In this document: positions 14,712 through 24,740 of the stretch, one piece after another
How the letters are laid out: each line of letters opens with the position of its first letter
Position numbering within the stretch: position 1 is the stretch's first letter
DNA from: Octopus vulgaris
Lineage: Eukaryota
Assembly (NCBI GenBank): GCA_951406725.2
Contig: OX597816.1
Span: 88,784,001 to 88,848,000 of the forward strand
DNA length: 64,000 nucleotides
Direction: 5' to 3'
Notes under the pieces: model-generated
Databases searched by the model: none
The model's input: the letters and a program-made list of their open reading frames with translations, nothing else
Told to the model about the DNA's origin: nothing
Made by a program: the position numbers and the translations under genes

Positions 14712-15010
14712 TTGGGTTGGCAACTAAGTTCCCACCGTTTTTTATTTAATTTTAGAATTTATTGCGTTTTTAAATTTTGGAATCTATTTTTTTCGGGAAT
14801 TCTATATTTGAATCATTTTGGATTCTTTTTTTTTTTTTCAAGTTAATCTTAGTTAATATTTGTTTATTTTCAAATCATTTAAATGGAATGTAAAGTTAAG
14901 GAAAACGAGCATTTTCGACACTTTTAATCAAGGTTCTAAGGCCGCAAAAGCTGCTCGCGGCATTTGTGCTGTGTATGGAAAGGGTACCATAGCTTAAAGA
15001 ACTGCTCGAT
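14712..15010 (+). mobile_element. mariner 5' fragment (TIR plus transposase N-terminal HTH)
   Basis: TA followed by TTGGGTTGGCAACTAAGT TIR; ATG at 14883 gives MECKVKENEHFRH..NQGSKAAKAARGICAVYGKG, a mariner HTH. Confidence 0.8.
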
Positions 15011-15656
15011 ATGTAGAGTTGTAATGACGTGTAAGGATTCTCAGAATGAGCGTGTTAGATATGCAGTTATATAACCACACTGGGCGAAATTGGGTGGCCA
15101 GCACCACAAATGCACAGACTGAAAGCAAGCTGAAACTATGTGACATCATTGGAATTACATGCACATGATGGCAGGGTCTCGGTACTTCCTATTTCCAACA
15201 ACAAAGCAAATATCAAAGAGAGATGGTCTATGGTCCGGCAGTATTAAGCCTCCAGGAGGGACACTACATGGTACCCCCCAAAATGGTCATTTTGAGAAAC
15301 CTGTGGAAACCCCTGCTAGGGGTGGTATATTACAGAGTTCTAACGTCAAAAACAGTTGCGGAGAATTTGAGGAGAAAAGAGTACTGTGGGACATATTGTC
15401 AGGTTACAAAATATCTGGACGCCAGGAAGAGATGAGCAGAGATTTGGCCACCTATGCTGGTCTATCCCCAAAAGGATGTTACTATGCAGGGCGGAAATAC
15501 CAGAGGATTCATTTGATACCGTCTGAAATCAGTTGCTCATATTCAAAGCTACATTCACCAAGGTGAATGGAAAGGAAGCATTTTCTTTTAGATGTTGTCA
15601 ATATTATGTTGTCAATATATATATATTGGAAGGTTTGGAGATGATGTACAGGTATT

Positions 15657-15958
15657 ATATATTAGAAAAAAATGAGGTAATCAGATCGGATGGTTCATGT
15701 TTATAGATATTTATTTATATATTACATTTTTTACATATATATATATCATATCATTCAGATCACATCATTCGGATTATTAGCGCTTTCTCCCATTCCAGTG
15801 GGGTTTTCAAATCAAATTAATCCCTTTGTGGGGAATTTGAACATTTTATAGAGTTTCGTAGTAGTGGGGAGGAATAAGACAGTATAAGAGGGTGAGGTGG
15901 GTGAGGAGGAAGTGAGAGAGAGAAAACATGTGTGTATGTGTGTGTGTGTGTGTGTGTA

Positions 15959-15994
<36 letters not shown>

Positions 15995-16605
15995 CGTGCG
16001 TTTGTATCTGAGAGGGAAGAAGAAGTATTTCCTTTGGCCTGCTGGACCCCCTAGGGTTTTCCAAGAATTTTAGCTCTCTGTCCATTCTGGTGTCACTGAG
16101 TGTGTGTTGGTGGGTAGGCTGGCCGGACAAATGTCATTTGGGGTCATACTTTCTATGATCGTTTTGTGGAGGTGTGTGTGTGTGTGTGTGTCTCTGTGTG
16201 TCCGTGTGTGTTTGTGTGCGTGTGTGTGTGTGTCTATGTGTGTCCGTGTGTGTTTGTGTGCGTGTGTGTGTGTGTCTCTGTGTGTTTGGAGAAGGGGAGA
16301 AAGACAAAAAGAGAAAATGGAAAATAAAAATAAAAATAAATATAAAAATAAAAAATATAAAATAAAAAATAAAAAATAAATAAAAAAATAAATAAACTGT
16401 CTTATTCCTCCCCACTACTACGAAACTCTATAAAATGTTCAAATTCCCCACAAAGGGATTAATTTGATTTGAAAACCCCACTGGAATGGGAGAAAGCGCT
16501 AATAATCCGAATGATATGATCTGAATGATATGATATATATATGTAAAAATGTAATATATAAATAAATATCTATAAACATGAACGATCCGATCTGATTACC
16601 TCATT

Positions 16606-16617
<12 letters not shown>
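15657..16617. repeat. Long near-perfect inverted repeat (~225-bp arms at 15657-15883 and 16397-16617) around a GT-rich spacer; probable Penelope-type inverted pLTRs
   Basis: The arms are reverse complements with very few differences; each carries a hammerhead-like motif (15771-15823 minus, 16456-16508 plus). Confidence 0.85.
16456..16508 (+). ncRNA. Hammerhead-like motif, U3-A8 core variant (mirror copy at 15771-15823 on minus)
   Basis: ggatta..gat TTGAAAA c CCCA ctggaa TGGG a GAAA gcgc TA a taatcc; the stem II closing pair is a C-A mismatch. Confidence 0.5.
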
Positions 16618-16669
<52 letters not shown>

Positions 16670-17983
16670 ATAGTGGTGCTAGAATTCTGAAGGAATACTT
16701 TAGAAAGTTTAAGTTACTTAAATGATCCTTCTACCTTCCCTATAAAGATGTTACTCATAGTAGCTCCTTGAATTTGGTTAACTTTATTTCGTATATCCCT
16801 ACCTCGTTATTCCAACTCAGGTTACTTGTGTATGCAGCATTATCTCCATGTCTCCATTGTTTGTTTTTGATTTTCTTCTACTGATTAATCCACTTATGCT
16901 CATTTTTTATGGCTCCATCAAAGACGACGGAAAAATGGTTAAGTATAGTTGATAAAGAAAAATATTCAGTAGGCTGTTAAATGCAATGTATGGATAGCAG
17001 TAACCTGCTTACATATTGCATCGAACATTTGTAAGTTATATAATAAATATTGTTAATAAATATATTTTCAGGTTACTATTCATTGTATGTTTATGCCTAT
17101 TCTGTTGAAGCTTTTCTCACTTTTATAACTTGTTATCGTAGCCAACTTGCAAGTCAACGTTAAATTCTGCAAGTAAAGAACTCCTTTGCAGGTAAAATAT
17201 TAAGAAAATTAAGATTAGTACTTCTCTGATAAAGCCAATGATACATATGAGGTAAATTCCACTAGATACAACCATTTATGTAACAGTAACATACAGTATG
17301 AAAGGTTTATCACTTCGATCAAACCATAAGAAGACACTATATGCATACGTACTACTATCGTCATAGAGGTTAAAAGCATAGCTAAGGAAATAAATTTGAT
17401 AATTGAATAGAATATATACTTGAGTAGGTGGCTTATCTTACTGTTATGAACAACGTAGGTTTTCGCATTACTCACATGTAAGTTAGCAAATCTAGCTACT
17501 GCAAAAGTAGGACTTCACAAATATAACTAATGGCAAAAGAAAATTAATAATAAAATTAAGAGAGAACTTCGCTTAAGACCGAGAAAAAATATCAGTGCAT
17601 TTATGTAATCGTTTAAAGGCACTAGCTAGAAACAAATTTTAGTTTCATAGAATTTAATATTGTCGACTTCTACTGTCCATTAAATCTTCACGAGTGAATA
17701 ATGCACTAAAACTGAAATAAAAACAATAGCACAAAGACGACATACTTAGAGGTCATTATAGATGCTAGGATGAATCAGTTTCTCAATACAAAACATAGTC
17801 CGTGTGAGTAAAAATTCTTAACCAATACGTAGTCTGATGCTTCTATAAGGTTGAATGACCTCGTTAGCTCATGCATACTGGATAGTATACAAGAACGACA
17901 CACATGCAGATATATGCATCTGTCGATGTATATATCTGAAGACAGATACTTCGAGAAAAATGGTAGGTATGTCGGTAGGTAAG

Positions 17984-18112
<129 letters not shown>

Positions 18113-18260
18113 TGTCTGACTGATTTATTGATTGATGGATGGATGCATCGATGGATCGATTGATTGATTTCCCTTCGTTACTGCCTATGTGGAGTCTTAC
18201 ATCTGAAGAACCAAATGTTTCAGAAAAATATAAAATTTCATCATACAATTTTCAAAGTAA

Positions 18261-18287
18261 CCGTGGAATTTACACGGGTGCTGCTAG
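18261..18287 (+). mobile_element. Probable Helitron 3' terminus (hairpin plus CTAG|T)
   Basis: CCGTG-gaattta-CACGG hairpin followed by gtgctgCTAG|t; same TGCTGCTAGTTA end as the Helitron at 22667. Confidence 0.55.
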
Positions 18288-19446
18288 TTAAATATAATTA
18301 TTGAACGAATCTGAGAATAAACGCACAAATGCGATCTAGGGCACACCTTCCACATTATCTCTAAATGTAAAAGCCAAATATTTTGAAGGCTTTCCTAACA
18401 CTAACAGACAAGCACTTATTCATTAGCACCGCTGTAGAAGGAACTCCAGCACAAGCTGTCTGAGAGTACCTAATGGATGCATTCTAATATCACAGGAAAA
18501 GAGCAAATAGATTAGTAATATCTAAAACACGAAATATGCACTTGAGAGAAATTCTCACTAACTAATGAGGCGAAGTAATATATGAAGCCAATATTAACTC
18601 CACAAGCAGAAAGCTGGCACGATATTTGAAAGCAGATTAAACAAATGTTTATCTGTATAATTGGTCACTTATAGATAGGCAATTATTTCCGGACCTTTCT
18701 GTGGGTTTCGTAACAGGTATGATTTTAAACAATATAATTACAGTACAGCATATCCAAATATGTCAGGTATTTGTTGGCCAAGAGAAATTATCGTATCGGA
18801 ATAAGTATGAGGTATCTTACATTATTTTTTTCTTTCTAATTTTTGGCATGTTTAAAGAAAGAAGTGTGTCACTTCCAGTGATCCGAGTTCTCAACTGGAA
18901 CTTATATTATCGTAATCGGAAGGAAGAAGGGCAAAGTGGACCTCGGAAGGAATGCGCTAAGACCTTGTCCGCTGTACTAACGATTCTGCTAACTCACCGC
19001 ATTTTCTACCTTACATCAATTGCATTCTAATGTATATGATACGAATTATTCATTTGCCTATAGGCGAATATATGCAATCAAGATTATGTTGAATTTTCTT
19101 CATTGGCTTGCAAGAATATGGGGTAAAATCATGCTACTTATTAGGCAAAATATTATGTTGTAAAAATATCAACACCGTGAAGAATTCTAACTATTATATA
19201 TTTCTGTTTGTGAGTGTGCTCCCTATGTATATATATATATATAATCCTAAATGTAACTTCTGTTGACGATTTTTTCTTCCTTCTTCCCTTTCGTTTAGAC
19301 TTTCCTCTCTCCTGTTTCCGAAGAGCTTTGCTCGAAATGCTAAGCAACCACTCTTTCTTTCCTTCTCTGAGCATCTTACTAGTACTTTGCATGTAACACG
19401 TCCTCCCGTTGGCTTTTCTTATATTTTTTCTCCGTTTCTTTATTAA

Positions 19447-22400
19447 TCTCTCTATATATAAACGGCAGTTTGTCTGTGCGTGCTTCTGTGTGTCTGTTTT
19501 CTCGTACCCTCACCCTGACCACGGCTTTCAACCGATTCTGATGAAACTTGACACACACATAGCCCAATGTCATAATTCAAAACTAACGCAGCGAAAATTT
19601 TGAAAAGTTCCCCCAGTTCTGAAAAAAATTGATAAATTCGACATGGGGTCGAGAATCATAAACATGAACCACAGACTGTCTAGGGGACGCAACTCGAGAA
19701 TCTAAGCTTTTTTTATGCAACGCATTATCTATGGTAGTTTTCACAACTTGCAATCGATTTTCACCAAACTCATGGTGAAGCTTAATGTTACCTAAGAAAC
19801 TCAATTCTGACGTTAGTTTTCCATGCAATACCTTACCATCAGAAACAATCGATAAAATCATGCCATTTTGGGAAATCGCGTTCAAATTCAAGATGACATA
19901 TTTTCGACAATATCTTTCACAAATTGGCAGGAATCTTTTTTTTTCACAACGAGCATCATGTCTGCTCCAAGGAGCTATATAGCCCTTTTTATTCCAATAG
20001 GATACATTATTGGAAAAAATCGGTTAATTTAATCATATGTGGCACACATAGCAAACAAATTTGTGTATTAAACACAAACCAGACTGTCTAGGGGACGCAA
20101 CTTGACCTTTTTAGCTATCGATAATTCGATCCAACCAATTCCTACCAGGAAGAAATTACATTCGAGACTTTACCCCCAACACCGCCACTTCTGCTAATAG
20201 CTGCTGCAGCCGCAAGTTATTCGAATACTTTTTTTGTTTAAACTTTCTTTATAACTACCACCCCAAACGTTTTACCTTCAATTTTTGACGTACCCTAACG
20301 GTCCTCGGACGCTACTTGCAAACTCTTGGTTTATTAGAAACCACTTTTGTCGTGTGCATCAAAAAACTTTTCCTTTCGTTTGTTCAGTTTGATCACTTTT
20401 GACTTTTTCGTTGTTGTCACTCACATTGCTGCCAGCTTTTTGGCCGTTTTTGTACATTTTTATACATTTTCGGATACTTACCCCACGAGCTCCTTTTTAT
20501 TACACCTTTACCAAACACATTGCTATCCACCAAAATACTTACCCCACGTGTTCCTTTTTATTACACCTTTGCCAAACACATTGCTATCCACCAAAATGCC
20601 ACCCAAGAAGAGAAGGACCCTCCTCAGCCCTCGGACGGCCAAGGCATCGGCTGCTAGGGCTAGAAGGGCACGCGAGACCCACGAGGAAACCGCCTTGCGC
20701 CTCTCGCAAACAGCTTCCCGTTATGCCGCTGCTCAGGCATCTGAAACTACTAGCGACCGTTCTACCCGACTTGCAAGGGTCGCAGCGTACAGATCTTCCC
20801 TCCGCTCGAGGTTGACGAAAGAGCAACAGTCCAGCCAAAACATGCGGGCTTCTTACTGTGCTTCCATCCGCAGAGCTCGCGAGAACCCCGAACAAAGGGC
20901 CATTCGGAATGCGGCTAACGCCACTAGCACCGCCAGGACACGATCTGTCGAAACATCACAGCAGAGGAGAACTCGCCAAGATGCTGACGCCGCAAACAAA
21001 GCCATGGCCAAAGCTGCCGAAACACCTCAACAGAGGAGAGCTCGCCAAGCTGCTAACGCCGCAAACACAGCCAGGGCTCGATCTGCCGAAACTCCACACC
21101 AACGGACTATTCGGACATCCAGACATGCCATTAACACTGCTTCTGCTAGGGCTTCAGAGGGTGCTGAGGCGAGAGCTGAAAGGCTTTCAAGGGATGCCAC
21201 TGCTACCGCTGTCGCACGTGCATCTGAATCTGCTGAGGCACGGTGCACTCGACTTGAGAGTATCAACAAACGTCGGGATATCATTCGTGGTGTACGTACC
21301 CCTGCCCCCGCTTTCTGGTTGTCACTAGCATTCAATTACGACGCCACAATTAACTTCTCCTTGCGTGACGACATCAAGATAGGGTCAATGACAATTGTAT
21401 GCCAGTTTTGCAAAGCCAAGAAATGGCCCGGAGAGCCACCTGGTTTGTGCTGCTCTGGTGGCAAAGTGGACCTGCCACCCCTACGGGAACCACCTCAACC
21501 ACTGAAGGATCTCGCGGCGGGTTTAACCCCCGATTCGTCACAATTCCTTGAAATAATTCGAAAGTACAACTGCTCATTCCAAATGACCTCTTTCGGGGCC
21601 AAAATTCCTCCCAGAGAAGGCTGGATGCCTACTTTCAAAGTGCAGGGACAGGTCTACCATCTTATTGGGTCACTTCTGCCAGACGAGATTCAGCAGTCTT
21701 CTTTCCTCCAAATATACTTCATTGCCGACTACAACCACCAGGTTGATGCACGCCTTGGAATAATACCGGGTACAAGCTATGTTCCCCGCAAAGACATTCT
21801 TCTCCGTCTCCAAACCATGCTTCATGATATCAACAGCTACGTCTGCAGCTTCAGATATGCCTTGGACAGTGCTCCATCTTCAAACTTCACCGTTGTCATT
21901 GATGCTGATAAACGACCCCACGGGGAGCACGAACGCCGTTTCAACGCACCTGCGTGCAACGAAATTGCCGCAGTCATACACGGAGAGCAACACAACAGCC
22001 GTGACATAATCATCTCCTCCCGTGGTAACAACCTACACAGGATCAGCGAGACTCACAGATCTTATGACGCGCTTCAGTATCCATTGCTTTTCCCTTATGG
22101 GGAAGACGGCTACCACTTCGGAATTCCTTTACGGCAGCCCTCCAATCAAACTACTGCGGCATCAAAGACGGTTTCCTGCAGGGCGTTCTATTCATACCGG
22201 TTCATGGTCAGGGAGGGTGAGTTCAACTTATTGCCCCGTTGTCGTCAGCTATTCAACCAGTTCGCCGTCGACATGGCCGCAAAAATGGAATCGGAAAGGC
22301 TGCTATACATTAAACTTAATCAGACCAAACTTCGCTCCGACTCCTACATTCATCTCCGTGACGGTTTGCAACAAGAAAATGACCCTCGCAACATCGGCAA

Positions 22401-22667
22401 GCCATGCATCCTACCCTCCACCTTCACGGGAGGACCGCGATATATGCGTGAAAGGACCCAAGACGCCTTGACCTACGTGCGCATTTACGGCCGGCCGGAC
22501 CTCTTTATCACCTACACGTGCAATCCCAGCTGCGACGAAATCACTCGCGAACTCCTCCCGGGTCAATCTCACACCCATCGACACGACATCGTTGCTAGGG
22601 TTTTCCGTCTGAATTTGGGCAACTAGGGGCTCTTACATACCCGGGCAACGCCGGGCTATGCTGCTAG
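19447..22667 (+). mobile_element. Helitron, internally deleted, both termini intact
   Basis: 5' A|TCTCTCTATATATAAA at 19447; 3' hairpin CCCGG-gcaacg-CCGGG (22640-22655) then CTAG|T at 22664-22667; A|T target site; encloses a RepHel N-terminal ORF. Confidence 0.92.
20596..22626 (+). CDS. Truncated Helitron RepHel protein (676 aa from the ATG of MPPKKRR): 23-aa repeats, Cys motif, Helitron_like_N region, Rep motif I
   Basis: Motifs CQFCKAKKWPGEPPGLCCSGGKV, IRKYNCSFQMTSFG, FKVQGQVYHLIGSL, YDALQYPLLFPYGEDG, ILPSTFTGGPRYM and GRPDLFITYTCNP. It stops before the HUH motif, catalytic tyrosines and PIF1 helicase; no internal stops. Confidence 0.88.
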   Translation: MPPKKRRTLLSPRTAKASAARARRARETHEETALRLSQTASRYAAAQASETTSDRSTRLARVAAYRSSLRSRLTKEQQSSQNMRASYCASIRRARENPEQRAIRNAANATSTARTRSVETSQQRRTRQDADAANKAMAKAAETPQQRRARQAANAANTARARSAETPHQRTIRTSRHAINTASARASEGAEARAERLSRDATATAVARASESAEARCTRLESINKRRDIIRGVRTPAPAFWLSLAFNYDATINFSLRDDIKIGSMTIVCQFCKAKKWPGEPPGLCCSGGKVDLPPLREPPQPLKDLAAGLTPDSSQFLEIIRKYNCSFQMTSFGAKIPPREGWMPTFKVQGQVYHLIGSLLPDEIQQSSFLQIYFIADYNHQVDARLGIIPGTSYVPRKDILLRLQTMLHDINSYVCSFRYALDSAPSSNFTVVIDADKRPHGEHERRFNAPACNEIAAVIHGEQHNSRDIIISSRGNNLHRISETHRSYDALQYPLLFPYGEDGYHFGIPLRQPSNQTTAASKTVSCRAFYSYRFMVREGEFNLLPRCRQLFNQFAVDMAAKMESERLLYIKLNQTKLRSDSYIHLRDGLQQENDPRNIGKPCILPSTFTGGPRYMRERTQDALTYVRIYGRPDLFITYTCNPSCDEITRELLPGQSHTHRHDIVARVFRLNLGN

Positions 22668-22699
22668 TTATATATATATACATATATAGTAGTAACAGA

Positions 22700-23850
22700 A
22701 AAGGGTAATTTCGGTTGTCCCCACGTGGTGGATTGTAATGTATATAAGAAAATAAAAACTTATTGTATAATTTTTGATGTATCGACCGGTTTCGCAATCG
22801 CTATTCATGATACAATGTTTAATTTATATGAAAATATATTTTTCTTAAGAAGAAAATGGGTCCATGTTGTTTCTAATGAAATTCACGAGTGAATGATTTT
22901 ACAAGTTGACAAGTAAAGGGAGCTAATTGGTTGTTATTATAGTTATTGTTGTGTGTAAGGGAGATAACTGTTTAGGTTTTGGGTGGCGAATAAATATGTA
23001 TACAGAAAGGAGACAGGTTTAAAAAAGGGGGTCTTGTTTGGTAGTGGATTTATGTACAGTGACGTAATATGTAAAAATATAAAAATTGGTTATGCGTGCT
23101 TATTAAGACGCGTTTTGTATTTTTCAATAAAAAAAGTTTCTTTATTTAAGCGTTCTAGTTGCGAGATTGTGTCTTTGCACTGGTAGAAAGGGAAGACTGT
23201 AAAATTTGGTTTGATGTTACCTGCACATTTTTCTATGTGTTCACTAAGAGGAATTTGTCTGTATTGCGGGAAACGGATTTGCTCCTTATGCAGAGTGATT
23301 CTCGTCCCCAAAGGTAAACTCGTTTGTCCAATGTACTGATGACTGAAACCCGAGCAGGTTATTACATAAATTAGGTTCTCAGAGGCACAGGTGAAACTAG
23401 TTTTAATTGTGAACCTCTGTCCTTGTTTGAAAAGGAAATCCGAGCCTTCAAGCAGGTGGGGGCAGGTTCCACAGTTCGGGCGTCCACATTTTTGAACCGT
23501 AGGTTTCGTGGTTGTTTTGTAAAGCTTCGCATTTGTTAGTAGTCTCTTTAACGATTTGTCTTGTTTTTTTGCATTTGTTGAGTTTGTGTGTTTTCAGGAT
23601 GTCGTTCATTTTTGGATCTCTAGTTAGTAAAGGGAGAGTTTGCACAATAGTGTTGAATGCCTCATTGTTTCTGGGGTTGTGTGTTGATATAAAAAGTAAT
23701 GTTTTGGTTTGAGGTGTGGTGCTATGTTTTTTGTTCTTAGTGTTTTTGTGTCTAATTGTTTGGCACGTTTAATTCCCTCGTCGATAAGAGAGGGTGGATA
23801 TTGTCTTTCAATAAGCGTTGTTTTGAGGTTTTGTCTGATAGAACAACTCG
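22700..23850 (-). mobile_element. Penelope-like element 3' part (RT thumb, GIY-YIG endonuclease, pLTR)
   Basis: Minus strand: ERQYPPSLIDEGIKRA; FTCASENLIYVI../QYIGQT..GTRITLHKEQIR..ERLNKETFFIEKYKTRLN, followed by a hammerhead motif at 22778-22814. Confidence 0.85.
22778..22814 (-). ncRNA. Minimal type I hammerhead ribozyme-like motif, A3-U8 core variant
   Basis: Minus strand: TGTATC ATGAATA GC gatt GC GAAA CCGG TC GATACA. Perfect 6-bp stem I, palindromic stem III, GUC site, directly downstream of the GIY-YIG ORF. Confidence 0.75.
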
Positions 23851-23879
23851 GGACCTTGCACTATTGCATAACTAATGCA

Positions 23880-24018
23880 TAACTGGTAGTTATTTTATCG
23901 ACCCCCAAAGGATGAAAGGCAAAGTCGGCCTAATCTGGATTTGAATTCAGAACATAAAAACGGAAGTAATGCCGCTAAGTATTTTGCCGGGCGTGCTAAC
24001 GATCCTGCCAGCACGCCG
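23880..24018 (-). mobile_element. SINE family A
   Basis: tttatcgacccccaaaggatgaaaggcaaagtcggcc..gggcgtgctaacgatcctgccagc. Confidence 0.85.
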
Positions 24019-24023
24019 GATTC

Positions 24024-24132
24024 AGAAGAAGAAGAAGAAGAAGAAGAAGAAGAAGAAGAAGAAGAAGAAGAAGAAGAAGAAGAAGAAGAAGAAGAAGAAG
24101 AAGAAGAAGAAGAAGAAGAAGAAGAAGAAGAA
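24024..24132. repeat. (GAA)n microsatellite
   Basis: Direct reading. Confidence 0.95.
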
Positions 24133-24189
24133 TTTATATTACAGGTGCAAGACTTACAACCAAACTAAATTCAACAAAATTACAATAAC

Positions 24190-24740
24190 GATGAAGTAAT
24201 CAGAAAGTACTACGGAAGAATCAAACTGATATTAAAGTAGAAAGAGTGGACACATTATTTATGTCTGTTATAAAGTACAATCTCAACATAACATGGAAAT
24301 ATAGTGACATGAAGAAAGGACATGGATAAAAATGAGATTCTACAAACAGATTTCATTATCAACAACACCAAAACTGATATAGACATGATACAAGGAGGAT
24401 AAGGCCTTTTGATAAATAGAGAAGAAATACAAAGGAAGAAATAAGGCGGTAAAAACAACACTTTGAATCTAACAAAGTAAAAAATATTCTATATATGAAC
24501 AGAACTTTCAATTTTTTTTGAAGGACGGGGAAAAAAAGAATACCAAAATATACTAATTAAGTTAGCGAGAAGGTAATCACAACCAGGCCGCAGGTTTTCG
24601 ATTAAAGCAAGCGGTGTTGTTTTGGCTATGCAGGACCAATGCCTTGTCACAAATAGTTATAACTAGAAAAGTGAAGTAAGTCTACGCCGTTAGTACAATA
24701 ACACAGTTGACCTTTTTATTTCTGGTGTCTAGAGCTTGTA
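24190..24740 (+). mobile_element. Heavily decayed R4/Dong-like non-LTR fragment
   Basis: Residual peptides KYYGRIKLILK, a GG.GL-like segment and LAMQDQCLVTNSY (QDQ motif after RT in R4/NeSL-type elements). Confidence 0.45.

Noticed and set aside
15020-15600. 135-aa and 70-aa overlapping ORFs after the mariner fragment
   Set aside because: Looks like decayed coding sequence (perhaps a LINE ORF1), but I could not recognise any motif.
20347-20595. 83-aa N-terminal extension of the Helitron ORF
   Set aside because: Starts at a TTG and runs through a tandem duplication; the ATG at 20596 (MPPKKRR) is the plausible eukaryotic start.
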